A DNA stretch of 64,000 nt, taken from Octopus vulgaris. Lineage: Eukaryota. Each line of letters starts with the position of its first letter. Within the stretch, counting starts at the first letter, position 1. The translations under genes and the position numbers were made by a program. The notes beneath the pieces were generated by a model that worked only from the letters and a program-made list of their open reading frames with translations, was not told where the DNA came from and ran no database searches. Positions 1 through 13,921 of the stretch are shown piece by piece. The DNA lies in assembly GCA_951406725.2 (NCBI GenBank), contig OX597827.1:55180001-55244000 (forward strand), written 5' to 3'.

Positions 1-637
1 AGGATGCATCCCCCTAGGGTTAAAATAAGCAGTAATGTCCATTCCTACAGAACAGCCATGTTTAAGTGGCAATAAAAATTACTTCTAATTAAAGACAATT
101 TTCTTGAAAGAAAAACACTAAAATAGCCAAGAAGCTTTTATTCGCACTTTGATTGTATAATCAGAATAGATATGAAGTCTTTCTGGGAAGGTTACCCATA
201 ACAGAATTATATCCTGCCTAGAAACAGATTTGTTTCAGATCAACTTAATACTATAAAAGTGTAACAGGTATGTTCAGAAGTCACATCACTATACCCAATG
301 TTGTGATTCGCTAGAATATTACTCACATGATCAACAAAATCTGACCAATCGTGACTATGTGTGGAATAGGCTCGAGCAACAATTTCATCCTTTGGTGCAC
401 TTCCTTTTTAGCCTATTTATCAGGATAAATTCAGCACACTTTGACTACTTGACAGAGAGCATTAGGATGCAGTAGAGAGAGAGAGAGAGAGAGAGAGAGC
501 AGTGGGAGACAACAGAGATGAGATGGCAGATGCAGACAGCTGCTAACTTGAGCTGACGACATCCACAATGAATGATCAGTGACAGCAGTATAATGATCAG
601 TAGTTAACTTTTTGATTACTATTAGAATTATACTAGT

Positions 638-876
638 GGAGGCACGTGGCTTAGTGGCTAGGGTGTCAGCATCATGATCGTAAGATTGTGGTTTCAATTC
701 CTGGACTGGGCGACATGTTGTGTTCTTGAGCAAAACACTTCATTTCACATTGCTCCAGTCACTCAACTGGCAAAAATGAGTAATGCTGCGATGGACTGGT
801 GTCCCATCCAGCTGGGGAACATACATGCCATTGACACCGGAAAACCGGGCCCATGAGCCTGGCTTAAGAACAATAA
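638..876 (+). mobile_element. tRNA-derived SINE, family B (CORE-like)
   Basis: A-box/B-box head (tggcttagtggctaggg ... ggtttcaattcc) then ttgtgttcttgagcaaaacacttcatttcacattgctccag. Related copies at about 26905-27485, 40493-40806 and 52343-52638; 3' parts at 13330-13480 (-) and 25035-25185. Confidence 0.8.
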
Positions 877-1371
877 CATTCAAACTTTCTCAACATTTTG
901 CTGTTTATAGTAATAAAAGTATTCATTTTTTTTTTTGGTATATGTACAAGAAGAATAAAATTTTGATTATCAAAAAGCACAACCTTCTGTAGTGTTCATC
1001 TTCATACAGAAGCAATAGTTGAAGCACCATGCTTTTGCTTTATGGAGAGTTTTTTAAAGAGGATTATCTCTGAGAATTACCTTTATAAAGTATAGCATTT
1101 TTTTTTATCCCCTATCACCTTAAGTCTTTGAATAGATGCCTGCGTTACATATTCTGTTTCTGTGAGGGTCTAAGTTTTTTTATTTATTACAGGGGTTGGG
1201 AAGGGTATATAGAACTATCAAATTTTAGAGATAATTAATTAGTGTAGGGACTAACTTGAGAAGCTCAATAAACTTACGTTTGTATGTCAAGCTAACACAA
1301 CCCATTCATAGAACTGGGAAGGAATTGAAACAGTAGTAATAATAGCAATAGTAGCAGCAACAACAACAAAA

Positions 1372-1470
1372 ATAGTGGTGGTGGTAGTGGTGGTGGTGGT
1401 AGTGGTGGTGGTGGTAGTGGTGGTGGTGGTAGTGGTGGTGGTGGTAGTGGTGGTGGTGGTGGTGGTGGGG
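1372..1470. repeat. (GGT)n microsatellite with 15-bp higher-order unit agtggtggtggtggt
   Basis: Directly visible; source of the poly-Pro/poly-His ORFs in the track. Confidence 0.9.
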
Positions 1471-1819
1471 TAGTGAGTGTGATGGCACTGTTATTGATAG
1501 CAATGGGAATTCTGATTAAGAACAGAAAGAGATGGAGGGGAGGAGTGCCATTCAAAGAAATCTGAGCAACCATGCCAATGTTTAACATACTACCTCACCA
1601 GAGACATTAGTCATTCAACATGTATCTCTGTACTCAGTGTGTTTAATGTGTGTAGTTTTTACCTATCCTCAAATATGTCTTCAGGGCTTCTTTTTTTTTC
1701 ATGTGATTTGGAGTTTGAAGTTTGTTCAGTAACAAAGTGGCAACCTCTAAGTTGCCACCCAAACTACTAGAAATAGCAAATATCCCTCAAATTGGAGCCT
1801 ACTATCATAATGAAAAGCA

Positions 1820-2980
1820 GACAAGAGGACCGTAGCTAGAATACTTGTGATCATAGGTCTACTCAGTTGTCTATTCAGTTTTTGCAACGCCTCCTGTGGC
1901 TGTAGAGACTGATGCGAGAGTGGCAGTCTCATTTGCAGAGGTCACACCTATACGTTGAATTTGGTCTGTTGGCTGTCATTTCTTTTCTGCGGGCTCGGTT
2001 TTCAGCTGCTGCCACCCTCAAATTCTCTTCGCCGGTCTGCAGTTGTTTGTGAAGAGTGCCTCTCCAGCTGGTTCGGTCGGCTGCGAGATCCTCCCAGGAA
2101 TTGGTGTTGATACCAAGTGCCTTCATATCCCTCCTGCACACGTCCCTGTACCTCGGCTTTGGGCGGCCAATGTTTCTTCACCCTGCGACAAGCTCTCCAA
2201 AAAGGACATCTTTTGGGATCTGACCATCCTCCATATGGCGAACGTGGCCAAGCCAGTGTAGCCAACATTGTCTTAGCAAGGTGAGCATGGTGGGAAGGCA
2301 AGCACAAGGCAGAACGTCAGTATTGATTACTTTGTCTTTCCAGGAGATGCCAAGCATGCGTCAGAGGCTTCTCAGGTGGAAGGTGTTAAGCCATTTCTCC
2401 TGGTGGGCGTACGCAGTCCATGTCTCGCTGCCATATAGCAGGGTGCTGAGGACACAAGCACTGTACACAGCCATTTTCATTTTCACTGTTATCTTGGGGT
2501 TTGTCTACACTCTTGGCATGAGGCGAGCGAATGTTGTGGCTGCCTTCCCGATCCTCTTGTTTATCTCAGCATCTAGTGAGAGATTGTCAGTGATAGTGGA
2601 ACCAAGGTACATGAACTGGTGGACAACCTCGAGTTCATAGTTGTCGATGGTGATGACAGGTGGTGCTAGTCTGAATCCTCTTGCTGAGCTCTGTCCAGTA
2701 CTCGTTGGCACAGTGCCTGGTGATGTTCTGAACCTTGCTCCTGGCCGCCTTGAGAATCTGCAGGTTTTTCTCAGTGGGTGACCACTTGTATTCTGCGAGT
2801 ACGATGTGCTTAGCCTCAATGATGGGGTTCATCGCGGACAACTTGACATCAAACCAGTCATGTGGCTTCGAGGTTTTCTTCCCAAAAGTTGCCAGGGTGG
2901 TGCAGTGAATGGTGTCTCGCAGAGTTTCCAACTTCTCTGTGGCGGTATGTCCGGCCTGCGATACATTGTATACTTCTTCA
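1820..2980 (-). mobile_element. RTE (BovB-like) LINE remnant, internally deleted
   Basis: Minus-strand frames give the ORF2 linker (TLRDTIHCTTLATFGKKTSKPHDWFD...RHCANEYWTELS), the post-RT region (PPVITIDNYELEVVHQFMYLGSTITDNLSLDAEINKRIGKAATTFARL) and a C-terminal CDLC..DCHSRISLYSHRRRC motif, with stops and frameshifts. Confidence 0.88.
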
Positions 2981-2983
2981 AAA

Positions 2984-3019
<36 letters not shown>

Positions 3020-3021
<2 letters not shown>

Positions 3022-3343
3022 TCATCATCATTATCGTCATCATCATTTAATATCCACTTTCCAAGATGGCATGGGCTGGACAGTTTGACTGAAAACTGGT
3101 AAGCTGGGGTGGGGGCTGTACCACTCCGAGAGTGCAGTGGGTGTTTTTTATGTGTCACCAGCATGGGTGCCTACAGTCTCATTGGCTTGACAGGCCTACT
3201 CAAGCGCAGTATATCACCTGGCACTCCCTCCATGAGGCTCATCGCTTGAACAGTGCTTTTTATGTGCCACCGCCACTCAGTCAGCACTGGCATAGGCCAC
3301 AAGTAAGATTTTGCTCGGTTCGACAGGTCTTCACAAGCACAGC
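3020..3343 (-). mobile_element. Non-autonomous RTE-tail element, family E, with (ATG)n tail
   Basis: (cat)n followed by tttaatatccactttccaagatggcatgggctggacagtttgac. The same family recurs at about 7283-7505, 11575-11765, 12812-13015, 15370-15530, 18460-18790, 28165-28400 and 51660-51830; most copies carry ggatgcccttcctaa(c/t)gcc, the reverse complement of an RTE 5'UTR-type motif. Confidence 0.7.
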
Positions 3344-3409
3344 ATATATATATATATACAAACATTATATATATATACATACATACAAAACATTATATAT
3401 ATATATATA

Positions 3410-3692
3410 TCACGGGACCGACCAGACCATCAGATGTTGTTACACATCGCTGGTCACAATGCGTTCGCATTGTTTTAGCCTTCAAATGACGCCACCCCGC
3501 TGGCTAAGCGAGCAGGCCAACAGAAGAAAGAGTGGTGAAAGAGTACAGCAGGGATCACCACCCCCTGCCAGAGCCTCGTGGAGCTTTTAGGTGTTTTCGC
3601 TCAATAAACACTCAGAATGCCCGGTCTGGTAATTGAAACCGCGACACTGCGACTGCAAGTCCGCTGCCCTAACCACTAGGCCATTGCGCCTC

Positions 3693-3694
<2 letters not shown>
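3410..3694 (-). mobile_element. tRNA-derived SINE, family A
   Basis: Reverse complement starts ggaggcgcaatggcctagtggttagggcagcggac (tRNA A-box) and ...gcggtttcaatt (B-box); a near-identical copy lies at 55712-56018. Confidence 0.85.
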
Positions 3695-3756
<62 letters not shown>

Positions 3757-3801
3757 TATATATATATATATACACACATATATATATATACATACAAGCA
3801 T

Positions 3802-3887
<86 letters not shown>

Positions 3888-3928
3888 TATAAATACATAC
3901 AAACATTATATATATATATATATATATA
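3695..3928. repeat. (TA)n compound microsatellite
   Basis: Directly visible. Confidence 0.95.
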
Positions 3929-4110
3929 CGGGAGTAAGCATATAAATGTGAAACAAAGTGGAAAAAAGAGTACTCAAACACCAGAGGTAGAGTAATATGC
4001 TTTATTTAAATGCAGCAGAAATATAACAAAAGCTGTTACTCAGAGTTTCACATTCCCATTCGTCGGACAGTTTTAAAACTGTCTATGAACAGGAATGTGA
4101 AACTCTGAGT
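3929..4110 (-). mobile_element. Penelope-like element terminus with minimal hammerhead motif and inverted partial copy
   Basis: Minus strand 4033-4070 reads ctgt-CCGACGA-atgggaatgt-GAAA-ctctgag-TA-acag (stem I ctgt/acag, core, palindromic stem III). An inverted copy follows at 4079-4110, and the element abuts (TA)n. Confidence 0.65.
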
Positions 4111-4440
4111 TTTATTTATATATACAAATAAAGTGTGTGTGTGTTATATTATGCATATGTATGTATATTTATCAATTCTCCATAATACTTTCAGGTAACT
4201 TGCCAAGAGTAAGGGTTTATTTACCCCCACCTCCCACACATATATGTACATATATATATATATTTATAAACATGAATATATTTGCTTATCTGTGTATCAT
4301 GTCTGTGTGTGTGTACATACACACCCACACATATGTTGGAAATCAGACAATAACAACAATTAAACAGATTTATCTTGTGGTCTTCAAGAAATTATGTGTA
4401 TATTTACTGTACATACACATGCATGCACACACAGACACAC

Positions 4441-5117
<677 letters not shown>

Positions 5118-5264
5118 TAAGACACACAGACTTGTGCCTTAAGAATATACATAAATACATAAGCTAAACAGTAAGACTACATACAATTCCTCACAGTCCA
5201 CTAGATAAATCTGTTTATATGTTGTTATTGTCTAATTTCCAACATATGTGTGTGTGTATGTATG

Positions 5265-5324
<60 letters not shown>

Positions 5325-5979
5325 GATATATATATATATACATACACAAAGGGCTTTGTATGATTGTGTATAGAAAAATATATTACTAAAAGGAATTCCA
5401 AATCTGTCTGTTTTTTATGTTTTATTTATATTCTTATAATATTGATATAGAATATAGAATATATAGTAAGAAAGAAATGAAATGAAGTATTGATTGTCTT
5501 ATTGAACAAATGAAATATTGAAAATTAAATATTAAATGTCTATCCTCATTGAACTAGTATACTTTCTTGCATTTAAGCAAGCATTCATCAGGTTCAGATT
5601 GTGACAGGAATGCTTCGACTGTCGAAGCATTCAGACAAATTATAACAAGTTCCAAAATGATATCTTGCTAGTCAGTTAGGTTAATATAGTTCTTTCTTAT
5701 AACTGTTTGCTCTCTGCTAGAATTATGTGAAGCTCAGAGTAGTAGCAATATGATATTCAGCTATTAAATTATGCCAATTTTCAAGAGTGAAAGGCAATTT
5801 ACTGCACTATGAAGTTGTAACAGCAATTAGTTTTAATTTCTCTGCCCTCTAAAGAATACTTGTAATTATGTTGCCAAGTTAACACAACTTCCCTAAAAAG
5901 CTATCTCGCTGCAATGTCAGCCACTGTTTCAATATCATAACCAGTTCTTTCCACTGAGACCCTTGCAGCACTTTGTACA

Positions 5980-6660
5980 GCTATTTCTGATATTCCATCC
6001 AGCCGTCTAGCCCTCTTCTACCCCCACTATTTCTGGGAGGGGTTGTTGGATTAGAATCCTCAGGCACCTCCTCTGTAGGGTCCAATCAGAAGCACCTATA
6101 ATTACATTGCTGGCTGGATTCCTAAATATGACCAACTGAGACTCTTTTACTCTTTTACTTGTTTCAGTCATTTGACTGTGGCCATGCTGGAGCACCGCCT
6201 TTAGTCGAGCAAATCGACCCCAGGACTTATTCTTTGTAAGCCTAGTACTTATTCTATCGGGCTCATTTGCCGAACAGCTAATTTACAGGGACATAAACAC
6301 ACCAGCATTGGTTGTCAACCGATGTTGGGGGGACAAACACAGACACACAAACATATACACACACGTACATATATATATATATACATATATACAACAGGCT
6401 TCTTTCAGTTTCCGTCTACCAAATCCACCCACAAGGCTTTGGTTGGCCCGAGGCTATAGTAGAAGACACTTGCCCAAGGTACATTGCAGTGGGACTGAAC
6501 CCAGAACCATGTGGTTGGTAAGCAAACTACTTACCACAAAGCCACAACCAGCTTGCTCTCAGTCTACTCCTGGGTTTCCTGCTGGTTGGCTCTGCTTTAA
6601 GAATTTGTCTTTAATTCTTTCCTGTGACATCTTAATCACATGCCCATAATACAGGAGCTA
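5980..6660 (-). mobile_element. Decayed RTE ORF2 C-terminal fragment interrupted by a SINE
   Basis: Minus strand near 6560-6660 gives LLYYGHVIKMSQERI and, in another frame, AEPTSRKPRSRL, resembling the RTE W.GHV.RM...GKRPRGRP region. The left boundary is uncertain. Confidence 0.45.
6142..6546 (-). mobile_element. tRNA-derived SINE, family C, with internal (CA/TA)n and aagtaaaagag tail
   Basis: Head gtggtaagtagtttgcttaccaaccacatggttctgggttcagtccc; 3' end ggcggtgctccagcatggccacagtcaaatgactgaaacaagtaaaagagtaaaagag. Other copies at about 24620-25001 (+), 30262-30626 (-), 48160-48318 (-), 58320-58782 (-), 59074-59481 (+) and 63610-63955 (+). Confidence 0.88.
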
Positions 6661-6797
6661 AGATCCCAAATGGGCTTTAGAGTTATTCTTTTTATAAATT
6701 GTCAAAGAACTTTATTACAGCTACAACTGACAATTTAACAGAAAAATCTGTTTAGAATGTTAATCTGCAACAGACAAAGTGGTCTGCCAAGAATTAG

Positions 6798-7033
6798 GAA
6801 GGTGGTGTGTTGGCAGAACGTTAGCACACTGGGTGAAATGCTTAGCAGTATTTCGTCTGCCGTTATGTTCTGAGTTCAAATTCTGCCGAGGTCGACTTTG
6901 CCTTTCATCCTTTCGGGGTCGATAAATTAAGTACCAGTTATGCACTGGGGTTCGATGCAGTCGACTTAATCTGTGTGTCTGTCCTTGTTTGTCCCCTCTA
7001 TGTTTAGCCCTTTGTGGGCAATAAAGAAATAAG
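6798..7033 (+). mobile_element. tRNA-derived SINE, family D (Meta-SINE-like core)
   Basis: ggcagaacgttagcac...gagttcaaattc (A/B boxes) plus core gcctttcatcctttcggggtcgataaattaagtaccag. At least ten more copies, e.g. 13027-13245, 19520-19753, 22001-22175, 25312-25545, 39990-40222 (-), 46565-47050 (-), 56305-56518 (-). Confidence 0.88.
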
Positions 7034-10000
7034 AGTTAGTAAATAATACAAAGATAATGGAACAGTCTATTAAGAAAAAATCGCAAATCTTACAACAGCT
7101 ATTCAGTTGTCACCTTGGGCAAGCCAATTTTTTTCTACTCAGTTCAATAGCACAAGATTGTATTTCCATAAATCTAATGAAATAATACCCACTAAATAAA
7201 ACATTCTATCCAGAATGTGGTACAAGCACATGTACATAAGTCAGGCATTGAAACTACAGTTCTAACCCCAAATATTTAGCTTTATCATCATCATCATTTA
7301 ACATCCATTTTCCATGCTGGCATGGGTTGGACAGTTTGGCAGGAGCTGGTGAGCCAGAAGACAACACCAGGCTTCAGCATGTGTTTTGGCATGGTTTTTA
7401 TAGATGGATGTCCTTCTTAATGACAACTACTTTACAGAGTGGACTGGGTACTTTTGAGATGGCACCAGCACTTGCAATGCCCTCCCTAATGCCAACTACC
7501 TTACAAGAAAGGGAAGAAAAAAACATTACACAGTTCTACAAAAGTAAAACACCTCCAGTACTAATCCCTAAATGACCTTCATCTGATCTATAAAAGTACA
7601 GTTGAATTATTACATAAAACTTACATATTTTCTACTCTCACGCTCAAAACAGAATACACCATGTAATAATTCATTTTACATCAAATTTATTCAATAAAAC
7701 ACTCAGCAATTTTTTGTTTTACTAGGTATTGTCTTAGCAAGAAATTAAAAGAATTCTTCACATATATTTAAGAAGCCACTCATCTATCATTCTGCTAGAC
7801 TGTCAAGATGAATTACAGCTTTTGTATAGGTACATTCTAAACCCTAAGTACCAACCAAGATGTTCCAATATTTTCCTACACAGCCACTATGTAAAGATAT
7901 TTATAGAGTAAATTATCTTACACTGAAACCAACATTTACATACATTTATCTTTCAAACAATATATGTAATTTTAAATATCTTACAACTAAGGTAACAGCT
8001 AAATGGATATCCAGTTGAGAGATACTTGAAACAGAAACCAAAATTCCTCTAAAATGCATCCTACTTACTTGAAAAAAAAAAGGACATATTGGACAATGTA
8101 GCCCGAGGAATACAAAAATACAGAAAGGTTGCTGGAAGCAGGCCTTTGACCTGGGATTAAATAACAACAAACTAGAAACCAGCACGTATAGATTTTCAAC
8201 AACTTCTACATCAACAAAATATACAGAAACACTCTAGACAAGAGGAATAGCTCCATAGGGTCAACATGCAGAAGCTATAGTAAGTTATGACAAAGAAAAG
8301 AAATATTGAATATTTTTAAATGACTGGAAATGAATAATAACTATAATTATTTGCTAGTATTACAACACTACAGGTATGAGCTAATAAGGGAGCCTCTATA
8401 ATGATGATCAAAGCTGCAAGAAATAGCAACAAAATCTCCCTTATACTATACTCTACTGTCTTTTAAAAGAAAAGAAGACATAGTGGGTAATATAGATCAG
8501 GAGACATTATTGCTGTGAATAAGATGAACTGAATGCTTTTGATCATAGATTTGTTTGATCAAGGCCAACTGGAGGAGGAGGAGATGAGGAAGCAAGGGAG
8601 GGGCAGAGGAGGGGGAAGAGGAGGAGGCAGAGGTGGAGGAAGAAGGAGGCAGAGGCGGAGGCAGATGATGATGATGATGAGGAGGAGGAGGGGGCATTTC
8701 CAAAGTACAATTGGAACATTATCATAAGCAGGGACATAAACTCTAAAAATTTTAGCTCACCCAGTAATTTACTCAACCCCAATGGCTCTGAATCATGCTG
8801 AAATCCATTTAATAGTAAATCCTGAGGAATCAAGACTGATACGACTTTGTGAAGTAAGGGCTGATGTAATATTTCTTGGCTTCAGATTTATACAGTGAAA
8901 TATTCAATAAAGCATTTTTTCATTCAGCCTTTAGTTTATCCACCACCCTGGAGTATCAATGTATATACACGGAATAAACTAATATATTTTCCAGTTTCTG
9001 CTGCAATTATCATATAAGATTGTATTATCATTGCTATCATTCCCATCATTGGCATCATTGCTATCGTCATCATCATCAATAATGACAATAATAACAATGA
9101 CAGAGATGAAAACGATGAGATTCCAATGCCTCTTTTTACTTATTATCTGCTACAATATTTTCAGTCGATTTAGTTCTTTTATCATCTCTTGGATGCTGCT
9201 AAATATTTTTGAGATCTGATTTGATTATTTGCAACATCTTTGGTCTTCTTCTGCCAAGAGTGCCCTCCCAGAACGGACAGCAATTTCAGTCATTATCCAT
9301 TCACATCACTGACCATATCAAAACAATTACTACTTCTACCATATACTTCCACACACTTCAATGGATGCCTTTAATGCCCAACTGCACTCTCAGATAACTT
9401 ATGACCAGCTTCACATGCAGGTTAACAGTGTAAATCCAACAAGTGATGCTCGTTTCTAACAACAAATCTTTTATCTTATACATGTTTCAGTCGTTGGATT
9501 GTGGCTATGCTGGAGCACCACCTTTGAAGGGTTTTAAGTCGAACAGACAGACCCCAGTAGTTATTTTTCTTTTAAAGCTTTTTTTCTTTCTAATTCTATT
9601 GAGCAAGGACATAGACAAACCAACACTGGTTGTCAAGCAGTGGGGTAAGTGGAGACAAAAACAAACACACACTAAATGGATATCCAGTGAAGGAACCTCT
9701 ATGCAGTCAATAGAGACACTTGGAAATAGAAACCAAATTTCCTTCAAAGTGCATCCAACTTATTTGAAAAAAAAATGGACATATTGGACAATGTAGTCCA
9801 TGGTACACAAAAATACAGGATGGGCTTTTTTCAGCTTCTGCCTACAAAATCCACTCACAAGGTTTTGGTCAACCCAGGGCTATAGTAGAAGAGACTTTCT
9901 CAAGGTGACATGCAGGAGGACTGAACATGGAGCCATGTGGAAGAGAAGCAAATTACTTACCACTCAGCCCCACCTGTTCAATATCGTGTATCATTACCAT

Positions 10001-10314
10001 GTGATATTATATTTCTCGCACATGCTTCATATAAGTATGCTGTAAAATGTAGAGAGAAATCTTGTTGCCACTTAATTTCTGGCTTTGTTTACTCAAGCTG
10101 CTAATTAGTTCACTTAGCTATCAGAATCTATTAATTACATCTAAGGTACTGTCTATGATGTTCATTGATTAGCTGTTCCTATTGCTAGCACTCTCATGCA
10201 TCTATCACACTGATAGCCTGGTTTGGTGTCAGGCTGCCAGAGATCTCATTGCATTTCTTTTAACCCATTTTTATGGCTTGAATACAGAATATTAAGTTTC
10301 AGGTAATTGCTTAC

Positions 10315-10660
10315 CTTATGTACAGCAATGCTACATGGTAGTGAAATACAGGCTATGAATGCAGAGGACATGAAAAGACTAGAAAGAAATTAAGCTGCCA
10401 TGCTCAGCAAATGTGTTGAGGGAAAAAATGGGCATAAAAGGCATCAGATGTAGTGTGCAAGAGAGAACACTGTGTTAGTAAGGTCATGTGAAGCATGAGG
10501 ACAGTTGCATAAAGAAATGGCAATGAATTCTTTATGCAGCTGAAACTTGTGGAAGAGGGAAACCCAGGAAGATGTGGAATGAAGCAGTGAAGACCAACCT
10601 AAAGTCGTTGAGCTGTATGGAGGAGAGGAGAAAGGACTGAGATGATTGCTCTACTTGAGA
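10315..10660 (+). mobile_element. Decayed RTE ORF2 C-terminal fragment
   Basis: Encodes TAMLHGSEIQAMNAEDMKRLERN* and later CGRGKPRKMW-type residues typical of RTE ORF2 ends; many stops. Confidence 0.65.
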
Positions 10661-10989
10661 AAACCATCCATCACTGCAAAGATAAGAACCTAAAAGCATA
10701 TTGCTTCTGTCTATGCCCTCACACCCAATTTGTACCTGTCAAGTCTTCCCCACGACACATCTTTCTAATATCCATTCCTCCATCACTCTTATAACTATAA
10801 CACTATTTACTGAGCTCCTGTAATTATATGGAAGTAGAACTGCACAAGCAACCCTGGACTCTAGGGATAAAGCCTCAAGAACTATAATGAACAGAGGGAA
10901 TGGTGAACAGAGGCATGAAGAAATCCTAACTCACTAAGCTCATTGCCAAGCCTAACTCGGCTAACAGCATCCTCATTCATAATTTACAA

Positions 10990-11273
10990 TAGTGGTTCTC
11001 AACTGGGGTCCATACAAGGTCTTGTTAAAGTTTATGTGCAATAAATTAGTTATACTTCTACAATGCACAAAATATAAAAAATTTTTTTTAATACACAAAA
11101 TATTAAAATTTTTTTTTAATACACAAAATATTAAATTTTTTTTTAATACAATTCCTAATATTTGATTATAATAACAGATTTTTAAAAAAAAAACATTGAA
11201 TTGGTATGAAGGTCCAGTAGTGTAAAATAGGAACCAAAAGGGTCCATAAGCAAAAAATGGCTGAGAAACACTG
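10990..11273. mobile_element. hAT-type MITE
   Basis: Ends tagtggttctcaac / gctgagaaacactg with 8-bp TSD atttacaa/atctacaa; internal triplicated ~27-bp AT-rich unit. Confidence 0.8.
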
Positions 11274-11862
11274 ATCTACAAGGCTCCCACAAGTCATTCA
11301 TCTAATTCTGTAATTCTTCAAAATAAATAAATGAAGAGTAGTAAAATATCATTACATTGTAGATTTTAAAGGGATTACCTAACTACTAAAGTACTAAAAT
11401 AAGTACTAAAAATGAAATGTCCCACTAGTTATTTACACAATAAAAATATATGAAATATTTTGAAGGTGTCCCTAAAGTTGATCAAAAATCACCAAAAATC
11501 ATTTCAAGCAAACCAATTATTTCACCAGATTATATTCTTTGAAATATAATATAAAAAAATTTATTGACTCCTCCTCATTATCATTTAATGTCTGTTTACC
11601 ATGCTGGCATGGATTGTTAGATGGTTTAACTAGAACTAGTAAGCCAGAGAGCTGAACCAGGCTTCAGTCTGATTTGGCTTGGTTTCTACGGCTGGATGCC
11701 TTTCCTAATGCTAACCACTCTACAGAGTGTATTGGGTGCCTTTTACATGTCCCCAGCACAGGTGTCTTTTCTTTCTTACTCCAAATGATAGGTGTCCATG
11801 TGACTGCCATATGAGTTGTTAACTAAGAGCATGACAACTGTAGATGGCCAGCTGAGGTAATA

Positions 11863-12091
11863 TTAACCCTTTTGTTACCAACCCAGCTGAAACCGGTTCT
11901 GGCTCTGTAATACAAATGTCTTGATTTCATAAGTTTTGAATTAAAATCTTCCACCAAACCTTAGTCATAATTTATGTTTCTAACACTAACTGAATGATAA
12001 CTAAGTTATTTTACTAAATTCTTTGTTATATTTAAAGTAATTGAAAGAAACACAGAGCACCTCAAAATAAATACAGTAACAAAAAGGTTAA
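11863..12091 (+). mobile_element. piggyBac-type MITE, family 1
   Basis: TTAA-cccttttgttac ... gtaacaaaaagg-TTAA, about 225 bp, highly similar to the other copies in this window. Confidence 0.88.
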
Positions 12092-13693
12092 GTTTGAAGA
12101 ACACAAAGTACTACAGAGAACACACAGATTCACAAGTCAAAAATGAAATTAAGTTTAAGTTCCTTGTTGAAGCCATTTCAATGTAATTACACCACTTGGA
12201 ATAGACAGTGATAGCATGCAATCTTACTGCTCATTTCTTATAAATCTCTAAGATTTTGGATAAGGAAACCAATATGAAGTATGGAGTACCAGTGAATACT
12301 AGTCTGTGCACTAATATTAGCAAAAACAACTACTACAAATAAACATACCTTGTAAACAACAAGCTGTATCTATATACAAGGTCTTGTCTGTTGCTATTTA
12401 TGTTCCATTTGATGTAATTACCATCTGTAGAACATTTAGTGAGTATGTTGCTATAACAGCATGGTAGTTCATGTGTTTCATATTTGAAATGTTGTATAAT
12501 GTTCTTCAAATGAAAGCATTTTAACAGCCATATGTTGTAAAAAAGAAAGCTTAGCAATTTTACAGCAGAAATTTTAATTTTCAACATTTATTTGTGTAAT
12601 AATATCAGTGTAGAACATAGGAAAACATGCCAAAATGACAACAAAGCACTCCAATTAGAACTTAAGTGATAATACAAAGGCTAGACTAAAGAATTCAATA
12701 ATTAACCATTTTGATTCCACCTGAGAATATGATTCATAAGATATTCTTAAAATCTCCTGCTTTGAGGTGTTTTTGTTTAAAGTAGGAAACTTAAGTTCTA
12801 AATACAAACTTATCATCATCATCATCATCATTTAATGTCCATTTCCCCATGCTGGCATGCATTGGACAGTTTGACAGGAGCTGGTAAACCAGAAAACTAC
12901 ACCAGGCTTCACCATCTGTTTTGGCAAGGTTTTTACAGCAGGATGCCCTTCCTAATGCCAATCACTTTACAGAGTGGACTGAGCACTTTTTACATGGCAC
13001 CAGCACTGGTGAGATCTAAAAAAATTAGGTGGCAATAAGCTGGCAGAATCATTAGCATGCCAGACAAAATGCTTAGCAGCATTTCATCTGTCTTTGTGTT
13101 CTGAATTCAAATTCCACTGAAGTTGACTTTCCTTTCATCCTTTTTGGGATCAATAAAATAAGTACCAGTTGAACACCAGGATCAATGTAATTGATTAGCA
13201 CCCTCCCTTGAACTTGCTGGCCTTGTGCCAAAATTTGAAACCAATATAAAAAAAATCAGTTATTTTAGTAAATTTTTTCCAAATTATTGATTGTATTTCA
13301 AAATGTATTGAAAGTAACTAACTAGCAGCCCATCAGTTATGATGACAAGGGTTCCAGTAGATCAAATGCACAAAACAGCTTGTTAAATTAATGTACAAGT
13401 GGCTGAGCACTCCACAGACATGCATACCCTTAACATAGCTCTCAAGGAAATTCAGCCTGACACAGAAAGTGATGAAACTAGACCTTTCAGTGTATTACAT
13501 TTACAATATAGTCACAATAAAGCAACAAGTAAAAGCATGAGACATTGGGGTCATTAGAGTATAATATATATCCTAGATAAGGCATAGGCATTTTTGTATA
13601 AACTAGAAATAAAAGTAAACTTACTAGGAAACATAGAAGAGCAGAAACTAGAATTCCACTATATATTCATAATTCCATAAAGTTTGTGTGAAT

Positions 13694-13921
13694 TTAACAC
13701 TTTTGTTACTAACCCGGCCAAAACTGGCTCTGGCTCTGTGGTAAAATGTCTAGTTTTAATAAGTTTTGAATTAAAATCTTCCACCAAGCCTTAGTCACAA
13801 TTTACGTTCCTAACACTAGCTTAATGATAACTAAGTTATTTTACTAAATTCTTTGTTATATTTAAAATAATTGAAAGAAACACAGAGCATCTCAAAATAA
13901 ATACAGTAATGAAAGGGTTAA
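13694..13921 (+). mobile_element. piggyBac-type MITE, family 1
   Basis: TTAA ends and family 1 internal sequence; directly followed by a family 2 MITE remnant (13921-14131). Confidence 0.85.

Noticed and set aside
1292-1588. Poly-Pro / poly-His ORFs (also 8497-8727, 18921-19187, 41967-42176)
   Set aside because: Trinucleotide repeats with no splice or domain support.
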